Shown: in pieces, positions 15,914 through 23,259 of the stretch | How positions within the stretch are numbered: the first letter of the stretch is position 1 | How the letters are laid out: the number at the start of each line of letters is the position of its first letter | Assembly: GCA_045643505.1 (NCBI GenBank) | Contig: JAZUKX010000012.1 | Location: 1-42,953 of the forward strand | DNA: 42,953 nt | Reading direction: 5' to 3' | Source: Candidatus Absconditabacterales bacterium | GTDB taxonomy: Bacteria > Patescibacteriota > Gracilibacteria > Absconditabacterales > Absconditicoccaceae | Notes under the pieces: model-generated | Database searches by the model: none | Told to the model about the DNA's origin: nothing | The model's input: only the letters and a program-made list of their open reading frames with translations | Position numbers and translations under genes: made by a program

Positions 15914-16069
15914 ATGACAACTAATTTAGAACGTATCCGACAAATGACAGCTGATGAGTTGGCTGAATTACTACTTAGCCATTGTACAAACTTTTGTAAT
16001 GGTAACAGATGTGGATTTGGTTGCTATATAGAAGTCAAACAATGGCTAGAGCAGGAAAGTGAGAAATAA
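15914..16069 (+). CDS. hypothetical small Cys-containing protein (51 aa, MTTNLERIRQMTADELAELL...)
   Basis: Hand-called. ATG 15914; TAA 16067-16069, immediately before the terminase ATG. Confidence 0.6.
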   Translation: MTTNLERIRQMTADELAELLLSHCTNFCNGNRCGFGCYIEVKQWLEQESEK

Positions 16070-17425
16070 ATGACAATTAAAAAAACTACTTATACTTTAC
16101 TACCTAAGCAAGGTGAATTTCTATTTGGATATAAACTTCCAGATGATCCTAAAAAGATATTAAATGATATATCTCTATATCAAGGAGGTATGGGTTCTGG
16201 TAAAACTTTTTGTGGATCTCTAAGAGGTATAACTTGCTTCGCTTTAAAGTTTGCTGGTTGTAGAGGATTAGTAGGAGCTAAATCTCAAGACTTATTAGAT
16301 AATACCACTAAAAGAAAATATGAGGAACACCTAGAAAATATTGGATTAAAAGAGGGTGTTCATTGGTGGTACACAGATAGAAAACAAACAATGAATTTTA
16401 TAAATGGATCTGTTATACGTTTTAAAACATTATCAGATTGGGAACAATTCATGTCAGAGGAATTTACTTGGATTGAATTCGAGGAAGCTTCCTTTTTGGA
16501 TGAAATTGTATTTATTAAATTAATCACTCGTTTACGTCAACAAAAAAGAGATGAATGGGGTGATGAATATATAAGAGCTTTATTTATGCATACTAACCCT
16601 CAAGGTAAAAGAGGTTGGTTAAATAAACACTTTATTAACCCTAAGACTAGAAAAGAATCTTATAGATACATAACAGCATCAACTAGAGAAAATTATCACC
16701 TAGGGGATGAATATGTAGAGATGTTAGAAGAATTATACTCAGCAGATCAAATAAAAGAAATGGTTGAAGGTTTAGATGTAGATTACGATAATACAGTTGC
16801 CTTCCCTCAATTTGCTGAGTTTAACGTAAAAGAATTACAATATGATCCTAACGAATCTTTAATACTTACTTGTGACTTTAACTACAACCCAATGTGTTGG
16901 TATTTAGTACAGGAAGTAAATAAAGAATGGCACATATTAAGAGAATTAATTTATAACAACGTAACGACAAAAGAGATGTGTAAAATTATTCAACCTATAG
17001 TGTCAGAATATAACACTAGATCTATTACAATAATGGGCGATGCTCACGGAGGAGATAAAAAGACTAATGGCTCAGACTATGATGTAATGTTATCTCACTT
17101 TGCAGATGCTGGTTATTATATAGATTTAAGAGTAAGTAAATCTAACCCTCCTATAAAGGATAGGTTAGCTACTCTCAGAGGTTTATTATGTAATGCTAAA
17201 GGTATCAGAAGGGTTTATGTTGATCCTAGTTGTCATAGATTAATATATAACTTTGAGGAATGTAAAAATCATTTAGGTAATGGTGGATTAAAATTACCAA
17301 CTGATTCAGAGATTCAGAATGATGATAATAAGAGATATCTTATTCACCCTATAGATGCTATAAGTTATCCAATGTATTACTTACAATCATTGAGAGCTGT
17401 AGCTGGTGATCAAGAAAAATTATAA
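16070..17425 (+). CDS. terL: terminase large subunit
   Basis: Walker A GGMGSGKTF, Walker B-like WIEFEEA, and position immediately upstream of the portal gene. Confidence 0.85.
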   Translation: MTIKKTTYTLLPKQGEFLFGYKLPDDPKKILNDISLYQGGMGSGKTFCGSLRGITCFALKFAGCRGLVGAKSQDLLDNTTKRKYEEHLENIGLKEGVHWWYTDRKQTMNFINGSVIRFKTLSDWEQFMSEEFTWIEFEEASFLDEIVFIKLITRLRQQKRDEWGDEYIRALFMHTNPQGKRGWLNKHFINPKTRKESYRYITASTRENYHLGDEYVEMLEELYSADQIKEMVEGLDVDYDNTVAFPQFAEFNVKELQYDPNESLILTCDFNYNPMCWYLVQEVNKEWHILRELIYNNVTTKEMCKIIQPIVSEYNTRSITIMGDAHGGDKKTNGSDYDVMLSHFADAGYYIDLRVSKSNPPIKDRLATLRGLLCNAKGIRRVYVDPSCHRLIYNFEECKNHLGNGGLKLPTDSEIQNDDNKRYLIHPIDAISYPMYYLQSLRAVAGDQEKL

Positions 17426-17459
17426 ATATGTAAAGAATTGTAAAACTTTAAATGTATTT

Positions 17460-17488
17460 TTGAAATAAATAATATTTTATGTTATAAT
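17460..17488 (+). promoter_or_regulatory. extended -10 promoter (TTGAAA-17-TGtTATAAT) upstream of portal
   Basis: -35 at 17460-17465; -10 at 17483-17488. The 17-mer TGTTATAATATTATTAG is shared with the promoters at 22000 and 39703. Confidence 0.7.
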
Positions 17489-17506
17489 ATTATTAGGAGG
17501 ACAGAT

Positions 17507-19282
17507 ATGTCAACAGATGAAAAAATAAAAACTAAACAAGAATGGTACGATTTAAACAAATACAAAGGCGAGATACAAGGCTTTGTTAAAAACAAAAAAG
17601 TATCTATGGATGTATTGTCAACTATGGAAAGAAATTACAATACCCTTTATCGTACAGTTTATTTCGGAACTGATGAATCTGATGTGGAAAGATTCCCATA
17701 TGCAGCAGAACAGTTTAAAGTTTACAAATCAGCTTTAATTGAAGCTTGTTTACAAGGTTACTCAGCATTAGTTGAAGTTACAGGAGATGATGCCTATAGT
17801 ACGCTTAAAGCTCCTGAAGTTAAAAAGGTAATGACACAACAATTTAAGGGTATGTCATTATTAGAAAATTTATCTGGTGATACATTAGATGATTGGTGCT
17901 TTAAAGGTGAAGCGATATCATTTATTAAGTTAAAAGAAAAGAAAGAAGAATTTAGAAGAAAAGTTACATTAACAGATCAAGAAACAAATGAACCAGTAAT
18001 GGAATTTAAGATGATCGAAGGTGTATCAACTAAAGATTTAGATATTGAAAGAATTGATCCGTTAGATTTCTATGTAGATGGATTTGATTATAAAAAAGAT
18101 CCTATTGGATGTACTAAAATAATTAGAAGTTATATTGATAGTAAAACTTTATTATCTTCTGATTCTTATCCTCTATTATCTAAAGAAGATAAAATGAGCA
18201 TAATAGAAAGTGCTGGAAGAAATGGACAAGGTGGAACTTATTATTTTAACTGGAGTTTTGGTACTGAAAGAAATGGAGCTTCTAAAACTGATAAAGATCA
18301 AATAGAGGTTTTAACATTCCATGGAGATTATATTACAACTGATGGAAAAGTTTTAAATAATATTTGTGCTGTATTAGTTGGTAATTGTATAGCTAATTTA
18401 AGATACAATGATGTATCTACTTGCAGAATTATTTACGCTCCATATAAATTAGATAGACGTACACATAGAGCTGTATCACCTATTATGGTGACTACTCCTA
18501 TTAATAAATTAACCAACAGAGTGTGTGATATGTTTTTAAAGAATTTAGAAGATATATCTAACCCTTGGTTATTATATCAAAAGGGTACAATTCAATCAGC
18601 TCAGATGAGTAATATGAGGAAGAAAAAGGAAATCGAATATAATCCTTCAGCAAATATTCCTCAATTCTTCTCACCTCCTCCAGCAGCTATGCAAGGTTTA
18701 CAATTAGTTCAAATGATTGTAGAGCAAGGCAAGAATGTACTTGGATTAAATAAATATATGGCTGGAGATGCTAGTGGATCTGTAAGAACAGCTCAAGAAT
18801 CTAGTATATTGTATCAAAAAGCAAATGCTCGTATGAGAGTTGAAACTGATGTATTTAGTTATAACTTTATGTTAAATTTATTTAATTCATTCTATTCATT
18901 TAATAGAGAATTAGCATTAGCATATGAAACTCCTCTAGATCCGATATATGCAGATCCTCAATTAAAAATTAATATATCTACTAATGCTTCTAAAGCAGAT
19001 AGAGAAGGTGAATTACAAAGATTAATGTCTATGTTGAATCTACCTATCGCACAGATGATCTTTAGTAATTTACAACCAGATCAAATAATATTAGCAACTA
19101 GGTATTTAATGGCTAAAGCAGATTTAATAGATGCTGATAATTTATTAGAATTAATAGATCAAAATGGTAATGCCACTACATATGTATCTCCTGAGCAAGA
19201 AGCTCAAATGATGGAGCAACAGGCAATACCAACCGAAATGATAAATAATGATGAAACCATTAATCAAGAAGGAGAAATGTAA
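17507..19282 (+). CDS. portal (head-tail connector) protein
   Basis: Size (591 aa) and position between TerL and scaffold/capsid; acidic C-terminus. Confidence 0.7.
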   Translation: MSTDEKIKTKQEWYDLNKYKGEIQGFVKNKKVSMDVLSTMERNYNTLYRTVYFGTDESDVERFPYAAEQFKVYKSALIEACLQGYSALVEVTGDDAYSTLKAPEVKKVMTQQFKGMSLLENLSGDTLDDWCFKGEAISFIKLKEKKEEFRRKVTLTDQETNEPVMEFKMIEGVSTKDLDIERIDPLDFYVDGFDYKKDPIGCTKIIRSYIDSKTLLSSDSYPLLSKEDKMSIIESAGRNGQGGTYYFNWSFGTERNGASKTDKDQIEVLTFHGDYITTDGKVLNNICAVLVGNCIANLRYNDVSTCRIIYAPYKLDRRTHRAVSPIMVTTPINKLTNRVCDMFLKNLEDISNPWLLYQKGTIQSAQMSNMRKKKEIEYNPSANIPQFFSPPPAAMQGLQLVQMIVEQGKNVLGLNKYMAGDASGSVRTAQESSILYQKANARMRVETDVFSYNFMLNLFNSFYSFNRELALAYETPLDPIYADPQLKINISTNASKADREGELQRLMSMLNLPIAQMIFSNLQPDQIILATRYLMAKADLIDADNLLELIDQNGNATTYVSPEQEAQMMEQQAIPTEMINNDETINQEGEM

Positions 19283-20412
19283 TGGCAGATGAAGAAAAAC
19301 AAATCGAACAAGAAATCAAGGAAGAAGTTGTTGAAGAAACTCCAGCAACAGAACCAGAAGTCCATGAAGAAGTACCTGAAACTCAAGAGGTTACAGATCA
19401 ACCTACTGAAGAAGTATCAGAAGAACCAATCGTGGAAGAATCTAAGGAAAAGGTGGAAGAACCATCTGATAATCCAGAGGATGTGTCAGAAACAGATACC
19501 GAAGTTCCTGAAGTAGATAAACCTGAAGAAGAATCTCCAGAAGTAGAAGAAGTATCTGAAGATGAAGTTCCTACCGAACCAGAAAAATCTGAAAGAGAAA
19601 TAGAATTAGAAAATAAACTAGCTGAATATGAAGCTCAAAGAGCGGAAGCAGAATCTTTAGCGAGATTAGACGAAGTAGATAGAGCTATAGCTCAACATAT
19701 TAAACAAACAGAAGATGCTGTAATTAAATCTATGGAAGATATGGCTAAAAAATATGGTATTCCAACAGATGTAACCATGGAGGAATTAGAAAAACAAGAT
19801 CCTACTAAAGCAGCTATTGCTAAAGAAATTGCACAAAATGCCCAAAGAGTAATGATGCAAAAGCAACAAGAGATGGAACAGGCTCGTGAAGTTGAAGCAG
19901 CTAAGGTAGTATTTGCTAAGGCAGAGAAGTTATTTGATAAACATAATCTTACTCAAGAACAAGCTGAAGTAGCAGCAGATACCTTTATCGCAATTATAAA
20001 AGAAACTGGTGTTCAAGATCTAGGTCAAGATTTAATTGAGAAGGTTGAATTATCAGTAGCTAAAGCTTTAATGAAAGTTCCAGTAGTAATGGAAATTCAT
20101 GATAAAATAGAAGAAGTAAGGGCTAAAGAAGAAGTTAAGGAAGAAGCGGACACTACTGTTTTAGAAACACCTACCGAAAAAATTGAAGAAGTGGTAGAAG
20201 AAAAAACTGAAAAAAAAGCTGATGTACCCCCTCCTGATTTATCAGAATTTATGGAAGGAGCAACTAGTACATCCTCAGTAGAAAATCCTGATGCTGTAAC
20301 TTCTGAAAACGTATTACAAAAATTAGCTGCGTTACCATTCAAACAAAGAACTAAATTCTTAGCTGAAAATATGGATGCTTATAACGAAGCTATGAGAAGG
20401 GCTAGAAGATAA
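19282..20412 (+). CDS. scaffolding protein (acidic repeat N-terminus + coiled coil)
   Basis: E/P/V/T-rich repetitive N-terminal ~100 aa, an A/E/K-rich helical body, and position between portal and capsid. Confidence 0.6.
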   Translation: MADEEKQIEQEIKEEVVEETPATEPEVHEEVPETQEVTDQPTEEVSEEPIVEESKEKVEEPSDNPEDVSETDTEVPEVDKPEEESPEVEEVSEDEVPTEPEKSEREIELENKLAEYEAQRAEAESLARLDEVDRAIAQHIKQTEDAVIKSMEDMAKKYGIPTDVTMEELEKQDPTKAAIAKEIAQNAQRVMMQKQQEMEQAREVEAAKVVFAKAEKLFDKHNLTQEQAEVAADTFIAIIKETGVQDLGQDLIEKVELSVAKALMKVPVVMEIHDKIEEVRAKEEVKEEADTTVLETPTEKIEEVVEEKTEKKADVPPPDLSEFMEGATSTSSVENPDAVTSENVLQKLAALPFKQRTKFLAENMDAYNEAMRRARR

Positions 20413-20414
20413 TT

Positions 20415-20690
20415 ATGAAGATTAAAAGATTCTTTAAAGCTGTAGGTCAAGCGTTTAGATCTGAGATACAAGAAATAAAAGAATTAAAACCTACGGAAGA
20501 AGATTTAGATCAAGCAGAAAAAATAACAGGACTAATGATAGCTACATTGGGGGCTTATGGGGTAGCTTTATTACCCCTAAAGCCTGTGATTAAAAAGGTG
20601 TTAGCTTATGGTATAAGAGATATCAAAGATGGAGTAAAAACTCCAAATAAACTTATCCTAGTAAGGATCAAGGAAGAATTAAAAAAATAG
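20415..20690 (+). CDS. hypothetical protein with one hydrophobic segment
   Basis: ORF track; follows the scaffold gene by 2 nt. Confidence 0.7.
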   Translation: MKIKRFFKAVGQAFRSEIQEIKELKPTEEDLDQAEKITGLMIATLGAYGVALLPLKPVIKKVLAYGIRDIKDGVKTPNKLILVRIKEELKK

Positions 20691-20838
20691 TCCGAATATT
20701 GCGGACATTGTTTATAGAGGGAAGTACCCTCGTAGAAGTAAAACTATTATGGCAGTAAAGCAAGTAATGCTGGTTATTGATAGTAGGTCGAAGCTTCTAT
20801 TTTGCACACAAGTTTAAGAATAAAAAAGGAGAACAATT

Positions 20839-21951
20839 ATGGCTGGAGAACCAAACCCAATCCAATCAGGAAATTTTGGAGCAAACGGAGATCAATCAAT
20901 GGAAGTTGCATTAGCTACTAAAATGCAATTAATCCTAGATCAACCAATGACAGACGTATCAACTGGTTTAGTAAACAGAGATTTCGAAGGTGATTTCTTT
21001 AAAATCGGTGATACAGTAGCAATCATAAAACCAGACATTTCTTCATTAAATATCCAATTCGGATCAATTAATGGTGAAACTGGAACAGCTGGTAGAGGTG
21101 GACAAGCTGGTTATGATGGAGCTTCTGGATATGAATCTAAAGATGCTAGACTTAGACCAACTTCAGTATCTTTCCAAAAGAGAGTTATGACAATTGACAA
21201 ATTCACTAAATATGCATTTGTTATATCAGACTTAACTGAAGTTGAAGGTAAATGGAATTATGAATCTGGTAACTTAGATGCAGTAGCTCAAGAAATCAGA
21301 AAAGGTCACAACCTTGAAACTTTAGTAACTGTATTAGATGCGGCAGCAGCTCCTCAAGCAGCTGATAGAGTTCCTCATATCGGTACTGGTACAGCAGCTC
21401 AACCAGAACAATTAGTTCTATCTGGTAGAAAATTAGGTGATGCTATATATGAAGATGTTATCGTTCCTATGTATGCTCAACTATATAATGCTGGTGCTAT
21501 CACAGCTGATGGTCAAGTAACTTATGGTTCTAACTCTCAACAAGGAAAAGTTACTAATGCTTGTTTATATGTTCCTACTGTAGTATATACAGAATTATTA
21601 ATTTCTCATTATCTACAAGATAGAGCAACTGTAGCAGCAGATGAAAAAGTAGCTTCTGGTAAAGTTAAAACTATTATGGGCTTAGACATCATGATAGAAC
21701 CATCATTAGATGCTACAGCTGAAAGATCAGTTAAAGGTAATGCTAAAATTCAAGGTGTTGCTGATTTAGCTGATGATGCTTTATGTATCGTAGCTGGTAC
21801 TAGAAACCTAGTAACTAGAGCTGGTAAAGTATTACCTCCAGATAAATTTAGATCTCATAAATACTTCGCTGATGAATATCACGGAATGGAAATTTATCAC
21901 GAAGAAGTTATCGAACCTAAAGCTGGTGTAGTAGCTTTCATAAAACTATAA
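20839..21951 (+). CDS. major capsid protein
   Basis: Position after the scaffold gene; 370 aa; AAAGGAGA RBS; biased codon usage (GGT/GCT/ACT); dedicated terminator downstream. Confidence 0.7.
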   Translation: MAGEPNPIQSGNFGANGDQSMEVALATKMQLILDQPMTDVSTGLVNRDFEGDFFKIGDTVAIIKPDISSLNIQFGSINGETGTAGRGGQAGYDGASGYESKDARLRPTSVSFQKRVMTIDKFTKYAFVISDLTEVEGKWNYESGNLDAVAQEIRKGHNLETLVTVLDAAAAPQAADRVPHIGTGTAAQPEQLVLSGRKLGDAIYEDVIVPMYAQLYNAGAITADGQVTYGSNSQQGKVTNACLYVPTVVYTELLISHYLQDRATVAADEKVASGKVKTIMGLDIMIEPSLDATAERSVKGNAKIQGVADLADDALCIVAGTRNLVTRAGKVLPPDKFRSHKYFADEYHGMEIYHEEVIEPKAGVVAFIKL

Positions 21952-21975
21952 TATTAGATATATAAATATTATAGA

Positions 21976-22005
21976 TTGAATTTATGGGTAGTGTTGTGTT
22001 ATAAT
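21976..22005 (+). promoter_or_regulatory. extended -10 promoter (TTGAAT-18-TGtTATAAT) embedded in the capsid terminator
   Basis: -35 at 21976-21981; -10 at 22000-22005, which lies inside the loop of hairpin 21986-22027. Confidence 0.65.
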
Positions 22006-22036
22006 ATTATTAGAAGCTTCACTACCCTTTTTCTTT
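21986..22036 (+). terminator. intrinsic terminator T4 after the capsid gene (GGGTAGTG ... CACTACCC + TTTTTCTTT)
   Basis: 8-bp stem 21986-21993 / 22020-22027, 26-nt loop, T-run 22028-22032. Confidence 0.65.
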
Positions 22037-22054
22037 AAATACCGAAGGAATAAT

Positions 22055-22555
22055 ATGACTAAAAATATATATAAACTAAAATCTGAATATTACGAATTAG
22101 AAGTAACTAATAGAGTTTACGGAAAAGTTATTGTAATATTCGATATAGACGATTATGAAAAAGTATCTAAGTACAAATGGTATGCTAGATATGATAATCA
22201 CGTTAAATCTTTTTATTTACAAGATAAAGATGGTTTAGTATTTCATAGGTTAATAATGAATACCCCATCAAATTTACAAGTAGATCATATTAATAGAAAT
22301 ACTCTAGATAATAGAAAGTGCAATTTAAGAAATTGTACCGTTAAAGAAAATATTCATAATAGAGGTGAAGTAAAATACACTAATAAATCTACTGGTATAG
22401 TTGGAATATCTAGAACTTATAATAGATTTAGGAATAGATATTATTTCTCGGTTAAATACCCAAATTGTAAACATAATATGTTTGCAACAATCGAGAAAGC
22501 TGTGAATTACTTGAATGAGTGTAAGGAAGGCTTACACAGGAAGGAGAATAAATAA
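22055..22555 (+). CDS. HNH homing endonuclease with AP2-like DNA-binding tail
   Basis: QVDHINRNTLDNRKCNLR ... N..H HNH motif, then GIVGISR ... RYYFSVKY, which is AP2-like. Confidence 0.8.
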   Translation: MTKNIYKLKSEYYELEVTNRVYGKVIVIFDIDDYEKVSKYKWYARYDNHVKSFYLQDKDGLVFHRLIMNTPSNLQVDHINRNTLDNRKCNLRNCTVKENIHNRGEVKYTNKSTGIVGISRTYNRFRNRYYFSVKYPNCKHNMFATIEKAVNYLNECKEGLHRKENK

Positions 22556-23259
22556 TGGCTTTCGTGGAAGATATGTACAATAAGTTAGCGTTGATAACTG
22601 GATTCCCAGTTTATACTAATGCTACGGATTGTCCAGACATTAACAGATTTTTATTAGAAATGTTATCAGAAGGTTTACAATCAACTGTAGATGATCTATA
22701 TATTTCTAATAATGTTTTAGAAAGAAATGATACTATTATTACTAATCCTAATAATAATAGGTATGGTATAGATGGTATTATTAAATCTTTACAACTAATT
22801 GATGATAAAGGTAGAGTTCACAGACTACCTTATAATGAATTAGCAGAGAAGGATTGTGTAAAAGAATGTAAAGGATTACCTAGATCTTATGTAATTAAGA
22901 AGGGTTATCTTAAACTAATCCCAGCTCCAGATAAGGAATACACATTAAAAGTATGTGTATCTACTACTGATCTAGTTGCAGCTGATAATGATATCGGAAG
23001 ATCAACTATAGAACATATAGACGATTCTGTATTAGCTGATAATAGATTCTGTAATTTAGTTATATTAAAAGCGGCTACTTTTGTATTCGGAAGATGTCAA
23101 AACCCTAACGCTCAAATATATGCTAACTTATATGAAGCTAGACTAGCTACTTATCTTGAACACGATCTTAAAACTTTAGAATCTTACAGAGGGTTCAATA
23201 GAGGTGGTGGTCACTTTAGAACTGATCAAGGTTTATTAGGTGATGGAGGATTTTATTAA
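22555..23259 (+). CDS. tail tubular protein A / adaptor-like (position-based)
   Basis: First structural gene after the capsid gene, as in T7 gene order; 234 aa; TAATG coupled. Confidence 0.4.
   Translation: MAFVEDMYNKLALITGFPVYTNATDCPDINRFLLEMLSEGLQSTVDDLYISNNVLERNDTIITNPNNNRYGIDGIIKSLQLIDDKGRVHRLPYNELAEKDCVKECKGLPRSYVIKKGYLKLIPAPDKEYTLKVCVSTTDLVAADNDIGRSTIEHIDDSVLADNRFCNLVILKAATFVFGRCQNPNAQIYANLYEARLATYLEHDLKTLESYRGFNRGGGHFRTDQGLLGDGGFY

Noticed and set aside
21900-21960. T7-style programmed -1 frameshift at the end of the capsid gene (10A/10B).
   Set aside because: No X-XXY-YYZ slippery heptamer is visible near the stop, and the terminator follows closely, leaving no extended alternative frame.
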